Part shown: positions 36,279 to 46,370 of the stretch, one piece after another
Position numbering within the stretch: position 1 is the first letter of the stretch
Layout: each line of letters begins with the position of its first letter
DNA from: Acidimicrobiia bacterium
GTDB lineage: Bacteria; Actinomycetota; Acidimicrobiia; Spongiisociales; UBA5794
Assembly: GCA_003235475.1 (NCBI GenBank)
Contig: QJWC01000044.1
Coordinates: 27,451 to 91,450, forward strand
Direction: 5' to 3'
Length of the DNA: 64,000 bases
Translations under genes and position numbers: made by a program
Notes under the pieces: model-generated
Database searches by the model: none
The model's input: only the letters and a program-made list of their open reading frames with translations
What the model was told of the DNA's origin: nothing

Positions 36279-37214
36279 TCATTGCTGGATCTGATCGAGG
36301 TCCGCGACCTTCTCCTTCACGGCTGCGGCTGCTTCGACGAGACCCGCAAGCTCGGACTCCGTGAGTTCGACCTCAGCAACCTCTTCAACGCCATTGCGGC
36401 CCAGCTTCGCCATGACGCCGAGGTAGACATCGGAGATCCCGTATTGCCCGGTCATCCATGCGCACACCGGCATCTCCGCCCGCGAGTCCTCGACCACGGC
36501 CTTGACCATCGCCGCCGCCGCTGCAGACGGCGCGTAGTAGGCAGAACCCGTCTTGAGGTAGGCCACGATCTCAGCGCCTCCCTTGCGGGTCCGATCGACG
36601 AGCTCCTCGATGGTGGCCGCGTCGAGCGCATCACTGAGAGGTGTGTCCCCCACGGTGCAGAGCGATGGCACGGGGACCATGGTTTCGCCGTGGGATCCGA
36701 GCGTGACCGCCGTGATGTCGAGGACGTCGTGTCCCGTCGCCTCGCTGATGAAATGGGCGAAGCGGGCACTGTCGAGCATGCCCGCTTGGCCGAGGACCCG
36801 ATGCTTCGGGAAGCCTGACACGTCTGCGGCGAGCGCCACCATCTGATCGAGCGGGTTCGTCACGACGATGATGACGGCGTCCGGCGAACGGGCCACGATC
36901 TCCTCGGTCACCGCCTTCACGATGCCGGCGTTCACCTCCAGGAGGTCCATCCGGCTCATGCCCGGTTTGCGAGGGAGGCCGGCCGTGATCACGACCACGT
37001 CCGATCCCGCAGTGTCGGCGTAGTCGTTCGTTCCCGTGACGAGGGTCCGGTAGCCGACGACGGGCCTCGACTGGTTCATGTCGAGGGCAAGGCCCTGAGG
37101 AAGGCCTTCGACGATGTCGGTCATGACGACCTCATCGACGATGTCCCACTCGGCGATGCGTTGTGCGGTCGTCGATCCGTACTTGCCAGCGCCTACGACG
37201 GTGACTTTGCTCAT
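36279..37214 (-). CDS. mdh: Malate dehydrogenase (LDH-like MDH family)
   Basis: MSKVTVVGAGKYGSTTA Rossmann motif, then ITAGLPRKPGMSR and GSHGETMVP. Confidence 0.95.
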   Translation of the reverse strand: MSKVTVVGAGKYGSTTAQRIAEWDIVDEVVMTDIVEGLPQGLALDMNQSRPVVGYRTLVTGTNDYADTAGSDVVVITAGLPRKPGMSRMDLLEVNAGIVKAVTEEIVARSPDAVIIVVTNPLDQMVALAADVSGFPKHRVLGQAGMLDSARFAHFISEATGHDVLDITAVTLGSHGETMVPVPSLCTVGDTPLSDALDAATIEELVDRTRKGGAEIVAYLKTGSAYYAPSAAAAAMVKAVVEDSRAEMPVCAWMTGQYGISDVYLGVMAKLGRNGVEEVAEVELTESELAGLVEAAAAVKEKVADLDQIQQ

Positions 37215-37269
37215 GCGCGCTCCTTCGAATCGCAGCCCCCACCCACTCGTGGCGGAGGCAGTTGGTGTC

Positions 37270-38472
37270 TTACATCCGATCGACGACGGCTTGGCCGAAC
37301 ACCGACGTCGGAACCTTCGTTGCGTCCGTCATCTGCCGTGCGAAGTCGTAGGTGACGATCTTGTCCGCGATCGCGGCCTCGACTCCCTTCACGATGAGGT
37401 CGGCCGCTTCGTTCCAGTCCATGTACCTGAACATCATCTCGCCAGAGAGGATCACGGAACCGGGGTTCACTTTGTCCTGGCCCGCGTACTTTGGCGCCGT
37501 GCCGTGCGTCGCCTCAAAGATGGCGTAGCCGGACTCGTAGTTGATGTTGCCGCCCGGGGCGATGCCGATACCGCCCACCTGGGCCGCGAGTGCGTCGGAG
37601 AGGTAATCACCGTTGAGGTTCATCGTGGCAATCACGTCGTACTCGGCCGGGCGCAGCAGGATCTGCTGCAGGAAGGCGTCGGCAATGACGTCCTGTACGA
37701 GGATCTTGTCACCGGCATCGCCGTTGCAGTCCTCCCACGACACGGCCACGTCTGAGAACTCGTCGCGCACCAGCTCGTACCCCCACTCGCGGAAGGCGCC
37801 CTCGGTGAACTTCATGATGTTGCCCTTGTGGACGATCGTGACGCTCTTGCGGTCGTACTTCATCGCATACTCGATCGCAGCCCTGACGAGCCGCTTGGTG
37901 CCGGTCTCGGAGATGGGCTTGATGCCGATACCCGAGTCATCCCGCAGATCCCAGCCGAAGTGGTCCGACAGGTAGGCAATGAGTTCCTTCGCCTCGGCGG
38001 TTCCCGCCTGCAACTCTTTACCGGAGTAGACGTCCTCCGTGTTCTCTCGGAAGATCACCATGTCGACGTCCTGGGGGCGCTTCACGGGCGAAGGCACGCC
38101 TTCATACCAGCGGACCGGGCGGAGGCACACGTAGAGGTCGAGGATCTGGCGGAGCGCCACGTTCAGCGAGCGGATTCCTCCCCCGACCGGCGTCGTGAGG
38201 GGCCCCTTGATGCCGACGAGGTACGTCCTGAACGCGTCGATCGTCTCGTCGGGGAGCCACTCACCGGTGGCATCGAACGCCTTCTGGCCCGCAAGGACCT
38301 CGAGCCACTCGATGGAGCGCTGCCCTCCGTATGCCTTTTCGACCGCGGCGTCGAACACGTTCTGCGCCGCCGCCCAGATGTCAGGCCCGATGCCGTCACC
38401 CTCGATGAAGGGAATGATCGGATCGTCCGGGACGACAAGCCCCGACTCGTGCTTGGTGATCGGCGTACCCAT
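37270..38472 (-). CDS. icd: NADP-dependent isocitrate dehydrogenase (homodimeric type)
   Basis: 400 aa with [23 protein letters not shown] and HGTAPKYAG. Confidence 0.95.
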   Translation of the reverse strand: MGTPITKHESGLVVPDDPIIPFIEGDGIGPDIWAAAQNVFDAAVEKAYGGQRSIEWLEVLAGQKAFDATGEWLPDETIDAFRTYLVGIKGPLTTPVGGGIRSLNVALRQILDLYVCLRPVRWYEGVPSPVKRPQDVDMVIFRENTEDVYSGKELQAGTAEAKELIAYLSDHFGWDLRDDSGIGIKPISETGTKRLVRAAIEYAMKYDRKSVTIVHKGNIMKFTEGAFREWGYELVRDEFSDVAVSWEDCNGDAGDKILVQDVIADAFLQQILLRPAEYDVIATMNLNGDYLSDALAAQVGGIGIAPGGNINYESGYAIFEATHGTAPKYAGQDKVNPGSVILSGEMMFRYMDWNEAADLIVKGVEAAIADKIVTYDFARQMTDATKVPTSVFGQAVVDRM

Positions 38473-38505
38473 CAGTCCTACCTTCTCTCTTCTTTCGTTG
38501 GAACT

Positions 38506-39372
38506 TCAGTTGCGTCCGCCTGCCATCGCGGCACGGGCGAGCGACACGGTGTTTGTCAGGAGCGACGCCCGCGTCATCGGCCCGACCCCACCGGGGACCG
38601 GCGTGATCGCCGACGCGACATCCACGACATCATCGAACGCCACATCTCCTACGAGGCCGTCGTCGGTGCGGTTGGTGCCCACATCGATGACCACGGCCCC
38701 CGGCTTGACGAACTCCGAGGTGAACAAGCCCGGTCGGCCGACTGCAGTCACGAGGATATCGGCCTGTCGGCATGTGGCCGCGAGGTTCGGTGTCCTCGAA
38801 TGTGCCTGGATCACGGTGGCGTCGGCGCCCTTTGCCCCGAGCAGAAGGCCCATCGGCTTGCCGACGAGGAAGCTCCTGCCGACCACAACCGCCGTCCTCC
38901 CCGCCGTTTCGATACCGTAATGGGAGAGGATCGTCATCACACCAGAGGGCGTGGCAGGAAGGGGCCCTGGGCGCCCGAGCACCATCTTTCCGAGGTTGTA
39001 GGGATGCAAGCCGTCTGCGTCCTTCGACGGGAGGACCCGCTCGACGGCGGCTTCACCGTCGAGTCCGTCCGGGAGGGGAAGTTGGACGATCATGCCGGTC
39101 ACGTCGTCGCGGGCATTGAGATCGTCGACGGCAGCGAAGACCTCCTCCTGGGTGGCCGACCCCGGGAGTTTCACGTCGATGGAGACGATTCCGACCGCCT
39201 TGGCGTCCTTGTGCTTGTACGACACGTAGACATGGGAGGCCGGATCATCACCGACGAGCAGCGTGGCAAGGCCAATCGTGACACCCGCTGCGGCCATCTC
39301 CGCGACATCTTCGGCAACACGGGCCTTGACCGCCGCCGCAACTTCCCTGCCGTCGAGTATCTGGGCGCTCAA
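38506..39372 (-). CDS. folD: Bifunctional methylenetetrahydrofolate dehydrogenase/cyclohydrolase FolD
   Basis: 288 aa with VGDDPAS.VYV, VVVGRS.LVGKP and PVPGGVGPMT. The TTG start overlaps the purH stop. Confidence 0.95.
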   Translation of the reverse strand: MSAQILDGREVAAAVKARVAEDVAEMAAAGVTIGLATLLVGDDPASHVYVSYKHKDAKAVGIVSIDVKLPGSATQEEVFAAVDDLNARDDVTGMIVQLPLPDGLDGEAAVERVLPSKDADGLHPYNLGKMVLGRPGPLPATPSGVMTILSHYGIETAGRTAVVVGRSFLVGKPMGLLLGAKGADATVIQAHSRTPNLAATCRQADILVTAVGRPGLFTSEFVKPGAVVIDVGTNRTDDGLVGDVAFDDVVDVASAITPVPGGVGPMTRASLLTNTVSLARAAMAGGRN

Positions 39373-40880
39373 TGTCGGAAATGCCTTTCGTCGGTGAACA
39401 GTAGGGCCATGTCATGGTCGCTCGCCGCTGCGATCACCTCATCGTCGCGGATCGACCCGCCCGGTTCGACGATCGCCGTCACGCCAGCCGCTGCGAGGGC
39501 ATCAGGCCCGTCCCTGAACGGGAAGAAAGCATCGGACGCGCACACCGAGCCGGCGGCGCGATCCCCAGCCTTCACGATGGCCCGCTCGGCTGCCCCAACC
39601 CGGCTCTGGTCGCCTGCCCCGACTCCAACGGCGGCACCGTCCTTGACGAGCACGATCGCGTTCGACTTGGTGTGTGCGGCGATCACCCATGCCATCTCGA
39701 GGTCTCGGCGCTCGGCGTCGGTCGGCGTCCGCGCCATGGAGGACCACTCACCGATCTGCACGACATCCCGCTTCTGGACGAGATATCCATCGTCGATCGT
39801 TCGGAGGTCGAGGTCGAAGTCGGACGGAGGCCGTGCCTCGACGAGGCGGAGATTCTTCTTTCTCGCCATGACCGCCCTGGCGTCCTCGTTGGAGGAAGGC
39901 ACGATCACGACTTCCACGAACTTGGAGGCGATCAGCTCCGCCGTGGGGCCGTCGAGGGGCTCGTTGAGTGCGACGATCCCTCCGAACGCCGAAAGCGGGT
40001 CACCGTCCCACGCCTTTTCGAACGCACCGGACATCGAATCCGCCGTGGCCGCTCCGCACGCGTTCATGTGTTTCAAGATCGCGACCGATCGGGGCGGGAG
40101 GTCGTGGACGAGCCTCCATGCGGCATCCGCGTCCGCATAGTTGTTGAAGGACATTTCCTTGCCCTGGACGATCGACGCAGTGGACCACCAACCCTCAGAT
40201 GCCCTCGGCGCATACACGGCCGCGAGCTGGTGCGGGTTCTCGCCGTAGCGGAGGTCCCGGCGTTTCTCGAGAGGCAGCACGAGGCGATCAGCGCCATCTC
40301 GCTCGAGCCAATTGACGATCGCGGCGTCGTACTCGGCTGTTCGGAAGAAAGCTTCGCGGGCGAGCTCGAGGCGGAGCTCGCGCGTCGTACCCCCTCGTGC
40401 GATCGCCTGCAGTATGTCGTCGTAGCGGTCAGGAGAGACGACGGTTGCGACCCATTCGTGGTTCTTTGCCGCTGCCCGGATCAACGTGGGGCCGCCGATG
40501 TCGATGTTCTCGACGGATTCTGCGTGGCCGGCTCCCCCGGCAACGGTCCTCTCGAACGGATACAGGTTCACCACGACGAGCTGGAACGGCGTGATGCCGT
40601 GGTCCATCAACGTCGTGCGGTGGTCGTCGAGACCCAAGTCGGCGAGGATGCCTCCGTGGATCCTCGGATGGAGTGTCTTGACCCGCCCGCCAAGCATCTC
40701 AGGAGCGCCTGTCACGTCCTCGACCCTGATCACTGGGATCCCGGCGTCCTCGAGGTGGGCAGCCGTTCCCCCTGACGAGACGATCTGCACGCCCGCTTCG
40801 ACCAATCCGACGGCGAAGGGCGTGAGCCCGCGCTTGTCCGAAACCGAAATGATGGCCCGGTCGATGGGAATCCTCGTCAC
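39369..40880 (-). CDS. purH: Bifunctional AICAR transformylase / IMP cyclohydrolase PurH
   Basis: GTG 40880 (AGGAGG RBS; GTGA overlap with the purN stop) gives VTRIPIDRAIISVSDKRG. C-terminus FFPFRDG...EPGGSIRD...RHFRH. Confidence 0.95.
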   Translation of the reverse strand: MTRIPIDRAIISVSDKRGLTPFAVGLVEAGVQIVSSGGTAAHLEDAGIPVIRVEDVTGAPEMLGGRVKTLHPRIHGGILADLGLDDHRTTLMDHGITPFQLVVVNLYPFERTVAGGAGHAESVENIDIGGPTLIRAAAKNHEWVATVVSPDRYDDILQAIARGGTTRELRLELAREAFFRTAEYDAAIVNWLERDGADRLVLPLEKRRDLRYGENPHQLAAVYAPRASEGWWSTASIVQGKEMSFNNYADADAAWRLVHDLPPRSVAILKHMNACGAATADSMSGAFEKAWDGDPLSAFGGIVALNEPLDGPTAELIASKFVEVVIVPSSNEDARAVMARKKNLRLVEARPPSDFDLDLRTIDDGYLVQKRDVVQIGEWSSMARTPTDAERRDLEMAWVIAAHTKSNAIVLVKDGAAVGVGAGDQSRVGAAERAIVKAGDRAAGSVCASDAFFPFRDGPDALAAAGVTAIVEPGGSIRDDEVIAAASDHDMALLFTDERHFRH

Positions 40881-41506
40881 GATGCCCGTCCTCCTCGCTT
40901 CCACACGACGTTTCGGCCGTCCACGTCCAACTCACCGGCTGCAAACGCAGCAACGACCTCGGGGAGCAGACGGTGCTCCACCTGCTGGATCCTGCGATGA
41001 AGGGTCACCTCATCGTCGCCTGCCTCGACGGGCACGCTCTCCTGGGCGATGATCGGCCCGTGGTCGACCTCCCTGTCGACGAAGTGAACGGTGACACCGG
41101 TCAGCGCAACGCCGTAAGCGAGCGCCTGCGGCACCGCGTGGGCCCCTGGGAAGGATGGGAGTAGCGATGGATGGATGTTGATGATGCGATTCGGGAACCG
41201 ATCGATCGCCTCCGGTGCGAGGATCCGCATAAATCCGGCGAGGACGAGGCCGTCGACCGAGAACTCGTCTGCGACATCGCAGATGGCCGTCGTGAACGAG
41301 TCACGGTTGGCGTGATCCGACCACCGAACAACCCTTGACGGCGTTCCGGCGTCCTTCGCCCGATCGAGCCCTCCGGCGTCCGGTACGTCCGAGATGACGA
41401 CCGCAATCGAGCAACCGAGCTCACCGCGCGCCTCGGCGTCGAGCAATGCCTGGAGGTTGGATCCACGACCGGACACAAGAACGGCAATGCGCGGCGCGTG
41501 GGTCAT
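40877..41506 (-). CDS. purN: Phosphoribosylglycinamide formyltransferase PurN
   Basis: ATG 41506 (MTHAPRIAVLVSGRGSNL). Motifs INIHPSLLP and TVHFVD.EVDHGPII. Confidence 0.9.
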   Translation of the reverse strand: MTHAPRIAVLVSGRGSNLQALLDAEARGELGCSIAVVISDVPDAGGLDRAKDAGTPSRVVRWSDHANRDSFTTAICDVADEFSVDGLVLAGFMRILAPEAIDRFPNRIINIHPSLLPSFPGAHAVPQALAYGVALTGVTVHFVDREVDHGPIIAQESVPVEAGDDEVTLHRRIQQVEHRLLPEVVAAFAAGELDVDGRNVVWKRGGRAS

Positions 41507-41560
41507 CTCGGCGGATTCTAGGAAGGGCACGTGCCCTTGCCCGAATCGGGAATGCGACCC

Positions 41561-42484
41561 CTATCCGAGCGCTTCCATCATCGCCGAACCCATGTCCGTC
41601 GGGGTCGGAGCGACGACCACTCCTGCCGATTCGAGGGCTTCGATCTTCGCCGCCGCCGTGCCCTTGCCGCCCGAGATGATGGCGCCGGCATGGCCCATCC
41701 TCTTGCCTGGAGGCGCGGACGTCCCTGCGATGAATCCGGCAACTGGCTTCTTCATGTTTGCGGTGATCCACTCGGCGGCTTCTTCCTCGGCAGTTCCGCC
41801 GATCTCACCGATCATGATCACGCCCTCGGTTGCGTCGTCCCGATTGAACAGGTCGAGGCAATCGACGAAATTCGTGCCGTTCACGGGGTCCCCGCCGATG
41901 CCGATCGCTGTCGTCTGCCCGAGCCCGTTCAGCGTGAGCTGATGGACCGCCTCGTAGGTGAGCGTGCCGGACCTCGATACGACGCCGATGCGGCCAGGCG
42001 TGTGGATGTAGCCCGGCATGATGCCGATCTTGCATTCCTTCGGTGTGATGACACCCGGGCAGTTCGGCCCGACGAGGCGCACGCCCCGCCCCTCGAGGAA
42101 TCGCTTCGCCACCACCATGTCTCCAACGGGAATCCCTTCCGTGACGCAGATGATCAGCGGAACGCCGACGGCTGCCGCCTCCATGATCGCGTCGGCGGCA
42201 AACGGCGGCGGCACGTACACGACGGATGCCGTCGCGCCCGTGGCATCCACAGCGTCTTCGACCGACCGGAAGATCGGGACGTCGACCTCGTAGGTGTCGT
42301 CCCGGCCCTCGACGCCCGAGTGGTCGGTCTCGCCCGTGAAGGTCTCGGTCTGGCCAACCCGCGATGGGTGCACAGCACCCACCATCTGCGTTCCGTAGGC
42401 GATCGCCTTGTCCGTGTGGAAGCGGCCCGTCTTCCCCATGCCCTGCACGAGGACCTTCGTATCGGCGTTGACAAGCACGCTCAT
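41561..42484 (-). CDS. sucD: Succinyl-CoA synthetase alpha subunit
   Basis: 307 aa with [18 protein letters not shown] and the phospho-His context MGHAGAI. ATGA overlap with sucC. Confidence 0.95.
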   Translation of the reverse strand: MSVLVNADTKVLVQGMGKTGRFHTDKAIAYGTQMVGAVHPSRVGQTETFTGETDHSGVEGRDDTYEVDVPIFRSVEDAVDATGATASVVYVPPPFAADAIMEAAAVGVPLIICVTEGIPVGDMVVAKRFLEGRGVRLVGPNCPGVITPKECKIGIMPGYIHTPGRIGVVSRSGTLTYEAVHQLTLNGLGQTTAIGIGGDPVNGTNFVDCLDLFNRDDATEGVIMIGEIGGTAEEEAAEWITANMKKPVAGFIAGTSAPPGKRMGHAGAIISGGKGTAAAKIEALESAGVVVAPTPTDMGSAMMEALG

Positions 42485-43704
42485 TTCGCCAGCTCCACGA
42501 TCTTGACTGCCCCGTCCTTCATGTCATGAGCGCTCACCACGTTGAGCCCCGACTCATCGATGATGCGCTTCCCCAACTCGACGTTGGTGCCTTCGAGCCG
42601 CACGACGAGCGGCACGTCGAGCCCCACCTCGGTGACGGCGGCCACGACGCCCTCGGCGATCGTGTCGCACCGCATGATCCCGCCGAAGATATTGACGAAG
42701 ATGCCCTTCACGGCCGGGTCAGCTGTGATGATCTTGAACGCTGCTGAGATCTGGTCCTTGTCGGCGCCTCCCCCGACGTCGAGGAAGTTGGCTGGCTCAC
42801 CGCCGACGAACTTGATGATGTCCATCGTGGCCATGGCGAGGCCGGCGCCGTTGACCATGCAACCGATCGTGCCATCGAGCTTGATGAACGACAGGCCATA
42901 CTCCTTGGCCATCGACTCCGCAGGGTCCTCCTCCGTCTCGTCCCTGAGGGCGACGACGTCCGGATGCCGGTAGAGGGCGTTCGCCTCGAACGACATCTTG
43001 CCGTCGAGCGCCATCACCTTCCCGTCCGTGGTGACGACCAATGGGTTGATCTCGACGAGGTCCGTGTCGAGTTCGACGGCGGCATCGGACAGCGCCTTCA
43101 GGAACTTCACGCCGTTGCGGTGGGCGTCGCCGTCGAGCCCGAGGCCCCAGGCGAGTGACGCTGCCTGGAAGTCGAGAAGCCCGAACGCAGGGTCGATCTC
43201 CTCCCTCAGGATCTTCTCCGGCGTTTCGTGAGCCACCACCTCGATCTCAGTGCCGCCTTCGGTTGAGGCCATCACGATGTTGCGGCTGGTTGCGCGGTCG
43301 AGCAGCACCGAGAGGTAGAGCTCGGTTGCGATGTCGATGCCCTGTTCGATGTACAACCGCGAGACGAGCTTTCCCTCGGGCCCCGTCTGGATCGTCACGA
43401 GCGTCGACCCGAGCATCGCCTCAGCGAGCTCGCGCACCTTGGCCTCTGCAGCCTCGATCCCTCCTTCGATTCCGTCGAGGACGACGTTGACGCCTCCGAG
43501 TTCGGGGTGCTCCTTGAAGGTGCCCTTCCCTCTTCCGCCTGCATGGATCTGCGACTTCACCACCACGACGGGGTTTCCCGATCGCTCGATGAGCGGGCGG
43601 ACGGCGGCGACGGCCTCTTCGACCGTCGTCGCGACGGTCCCTTCGGGCACGGGAATGCCTCGCTCGGCCATCAGGGCCTTCGCTTGGTATTCATGGATCT
43701 TCAC
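42481..43704 (-). CDS. sucC: Succinyl-CoA synthetase beta subunit
   Basis: GTG 43704 with a GAGGAGG RBS gives [15 protein letters not shown]-grasp body, and the motif [10 protein letters not shown]. Confidence 0.95.
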   Translation of the reverse strand: MKIHEYQAKALMAERGIPVPEGTVATTVEEAVAAVRPLIERSGNPVVVVKSQIHAGGRGKGTFKEHPELGGVNVVLDGIEGGIEAAEAKVRELAEAMLGSTLVTIQTGPEGKLVSRLYIEQGIDIATELYLSVLLDRATSRNIVMASTEGGTEIEVVAHETPEKILREEIDPAFGLLDFQAASLAWGLGLDGDAHRNGVKFLKALSDAAVELDTDLVEINPLVVTTDGKVMALDGKMSFEANALYRHPDVVALRDETEEDPAESMAKEYGLSFIKLDGTIGCMVNGAGLAMATMDIIKFVGGEPANFLDVGGGADKDQISAAFKIITADPAVKGIFVNIFGGIMRCDTIAEGVVAAVTEVGLDVPLVVRLEGTNVELGKRIIDESGLNVVSAHDMKDGAVKIVELAK

Positions 43705-43723
43705 TGGTCCTCCTCGGGACGTC

Positions 43724-44128
43724 TCAATCGGGATCTTCGGTGTCATCGAAGTGGTCGTGCACCCACCGCTCGATCGTTTCGAGGGAGGTTCCGGGGCCGA
43801 ATATCGGCGCGACCCCTGACTCGGCGAGCACCGGCACGTCCTTGTCAGGGATCACGCCACCGCCGAACACGACGATGTCGGACGCACCGCGCTTTTCGAG
43901 TTCCTCGACAACGCTCGGGAAGAGGGTGAGATGGGCACCGGAGAGGGCTGAGAGCCCGACGCCCTGGACACCTTCCGCAACGGCCGTATCAGCTATCTGG
44001 GCTGGCGTCTGATGGAGCCCGGAGTACACGACCTCGCACCCTGCGTCCCTGAGTGCCCGGACCACGACCTTTGCACCGCGGTCGTGCCCGTCGAGCCCCG
44101 GTTTTGCGATCAGGATGCGAACGGCCAT
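43724..44128 (-). CDS. Stand-alone cobalamin-binding domain protein (methylmalonyl-CoA-mutase-type small subunit)
   Basis: 134 aa: [27 protein letters not shown] (DxHxxG B12 motif), then SGAHLTLFP and GGGVIP. It ends 19 nt before sucC. Confidence 0.85.
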   Translation of the reverse strand: MAVRILIAKPGLDGHDRGAKVVVRALRDAGCEVVYSGLHQTPAQIADTAVAEGVQGVGLSALSGAHLTLFPSVVEELEKRGASDIVVFGGGVIPDKDVPVLAESGVAPIFGPGTSLETIERWVHDHFDDTEDPD

Positions 44129-44172
44129 GGTCGCAATCGTAGTGACGGGCCGAGGTGCAGCCCCTTACGGGA

Positions 44173-45582
44173 TCACGCCCGGACGCGGCCTGAGATGAAG
44201 TCGCGGTACCAGCGACCGGACGCTTTCACGGTGCGATCGAGCGTCTCAGGGTCGACCCGGACGAGGCCGAAACGCATGTCGTAGCCAAGGGACCATTCGA
44301 AGTTGTCGAGCAGGCTCCACACGAAGTACCCGATGACGTTCACGCCGCTGTCGATCGCATCCTTCACCGCTGCGATGTGTTGTTCGATGTAGCGGATCCG
44401 CTCCGGATCAATGACCGCACCGTTGTCGTCGACCTCGTCCGGATAGGCCGCACCGTTCTCGAGCACGATCACTGGCAGGTCGGGAGCCCACCGCGCGACG
44501 CGTTGGAGCGTCCACGTGAGCCCTTCAGGCTCGACGCCCCATCCCATGTCGGTCAGCTCGCCGGGAGGGCGATCGAGGACCGCACCCTCGGCGCCGGGCC
44601 AGCTCGGCAGCGGCTCAATGCCGGCCCGGTGGCTGAAATGGTTGACGTTGTAGTAGTTCACCCCGAGGAAATCGATCGGCTCGAACGCCTCCCGTATCTC
44701 GGCCCCATCCACGAGGTCCGCGACGCCGAACCGGGCGGCCATCTGGCGGACGGCGTCTGGATATCGGCCGTGCAAAGTCGGCTCGGCGAACATCCCACTG
44801 TGGATGGCATCGGCCTGCGCGGCTGCCCGCACCGTCGCTGGCGCGTCATCGGACGGCCACGCCGGAATGAGGTTGAGGGCAATGCCGAAGCGATCTCGAC
44901 GATCTGGCCGGGTCGACCGCATCGCACGAACCGCCGCGAAGTGCGCAAGGTTGAGGTGATGCGACACCGCGAAGGCGTCGGCTGGGTTCGTCGACCCCGG
45001 AGCGTGGACGCCTTCGCTGTACCCGAGGAACGCCGTGCAATGTGGTTCGTTGAGCGTCGCCCAATCAGTGACGAGGTCGCCCAAGGCCTCCTTCGCCACC
45101 GTCGCGTACTCGGCGAACCAACCAACGGACTCCGGGTTCAGCCATCCCCCGCGCTCATGGAGGGTGAGAGGAAGGTCCCAGTGGTACAGCGTTGCGAATG
45201 GGGTGATGTCGTGGGCGCGGAGTTCCTCGCAGAGGCGCCGGTAGAACGCGACGCCCTCGCTATTCACCGCGCCGACGCCACCGGGAAGGATCCGGGGCCA
45301 TGCGATCGAGAAGCGGTATGCGTCAACGCCGAGGTCCTTCATCAGCGCGACATCCTCCCGGTACCTGTGATAGTGGTCCGCGGCGACGTCGCCCGTCTCG
45401 CCGTTGCGTGTCCTGCCGGACGTGTGGCTGAACTCGTCCCAGATCGAAGGTGACCTGCCGTCTTCGCTTGCCGCGCCCTCGATCTGGTATGCCGACGTCG
45501 CGACGCCCCACACGAAGGCGCTGGGGAAGTCCGAGCTCGAGATCCCCGGTTTGTTCTCGTCCACGACTCCTCCATGCGGCAT
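44173..45582 (-). CDS. GH1 beta-glucosidase
   Basis: FVWGVATSAYQIEGA, with the acid/base motif TLNEP and the nucleophile motif VLENGAA. The start is ATG 45582, or GTG 45564 after GGAGGA. Confidence 0.9.
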   Translation of the reverse strand: MPHGGVVDENKPGISSSDFPSAFVWGVATSAYQIEGAASEDGRSPSIWDEFSHTSGRTRNGETGDVAADHYHRYREDVALMKDLGVDAYRFSIAWPRILPGGVGAVNSEGVAFYRRLCEELRAHDITPFATLYHWDLPLTLHERGGWLNPESVGWFAEYATVAKEALGDLVTDWATLNEPHCTAFLGYSEGVHAPGSTNPADAFAVSHHLNLAHFAAVRAMRSTRPDRRDRFGIALNLIPAWPSDDAPATVRAAAQADAIHSGMFAEPTLHGRYPDAVRQMAARFGVADLVDGAEIREAFEPIDFLGVNYYNVNHFSHRAGIEPLPSWPGAEGAVLDRPPGELTDMGWGVEPEGLTWTLQRVARWAPDLPVIVLENGAAYPDEVDDNGAVIDPERIRYIEQHIAAVKDAIDSGVNVIGYFVWSLLDNFEWSLGYDMRFGLVRVDPETLDRTVKASGRWYRDFISGRVRA

Positions 45583-45593
45583 CCTGCGAGACT

Positions 45594-46370
45594 GTGGAAG
45601 TGGACGGAACCGTACTCGACCTGAACCCCCTGATCGTCCTCGCCGGTTCGCTCGTCCTCATCGGCGCGGCGATCGGCATGTCCCTGTGGCTGCGCCTGCG
45701 GGTCGAACGGTCGATCGTCGAAGCAGCTCTCCGGGCGGCCATCCAACTGATCGCGGTCGGGTTCGTGCTGTCGCTCATCGTCGGGACCGAATGGGAGCAT
45801 CTGCTCGCTCCCGCGTGGATCATCGCCATGGTGGCCATCGCAGCCGGTGTCGTGGCCCGCCGCTCGCGAAACAGGCGGATCGTGGTCCCCGCAGGCGCCG
45901 CCATTGGGGTGGCGACGACGCTCTCCCTTGGGGTCGTCTTCGGGTTGGGTGTCCTTCCAGCAGAGCCGATCCAGATGATCGTGATCGCCGGCATCACCAT
46001 CGGGAACACCCTCGGTGCGACGGTCGTCGCCGCGGACCAGGTGACGAGACAGCTGACGGACGGCCGAGCGACCGTCGAGGGCCTGCTTGCGCTTGGTATC
46101 GACGCAAGACGATCCAGCAGATTCCTCGTGGCCGAGGCCGTGCGGGTCGCGCTCATCCCGCAGATCGAGCGAACGAAGGTGGTGGGGCTCGTGGCGCTTC
46201 CCGGCGCGTTCGCAGGTCTCCTCATCGCCGGCGTCGACCCATTCGACGCCGCGATCGTTCAGCTCGTCGTGATGTACCTCGTGGTCGGTTCGGTGGCGGT
46301 CTCCGCGTCGGTGGTTGCGTTCGTGACTGCCCGCTCCGCCTTCACGCCCGACCAGCGCCTCGCGACCTAG
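45594..46370 (+). CDS. fetB: FetB/YbbM-family (UPF0014) ABC-type iron-export permease
   Basis: Start GTG 45594 or 45600. Motifs LRAAIQLIAVGFVL, IAGITIGNTLGA, ALIPQIERTKVVGLVALPGAFAGLLIAGVDP closely mirror E. coli FetB as I recall it. Confidence 0.8.
   Translation: MEVDGTVLDLNPLIVLAGSLVLIGAAIGMSLWLRLRVERSIVEAALRAAIQLIAVGFVLSLIVGTEWEHLLAPAWIIAMVAIAAGVVARRSRNRRIVVPAGAAIGVATTLSLGVVFGLGVLPAEPIQMIVIAGITIGNTLGATVVAADQVTRQLTDGRATVEGLLALGIDARRSSRFLVAEAVRVALIPQIERTKVVGLVALPGAFAGLLIAGVDPFDAAIVQLVVMYLVVGSVAVSASVVAFVTARSAFTPDQRLAT

Noticed and set aside
37828-40140. 770-aa plus-strand ORF spanning icd, folD and purH
   Set aside because: It runs antisense to three unmistakable housekeeping genes. The composition is dominated by R, D, G, H and L with no recognisable domain. 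It is a GC-driven open antisense frame.
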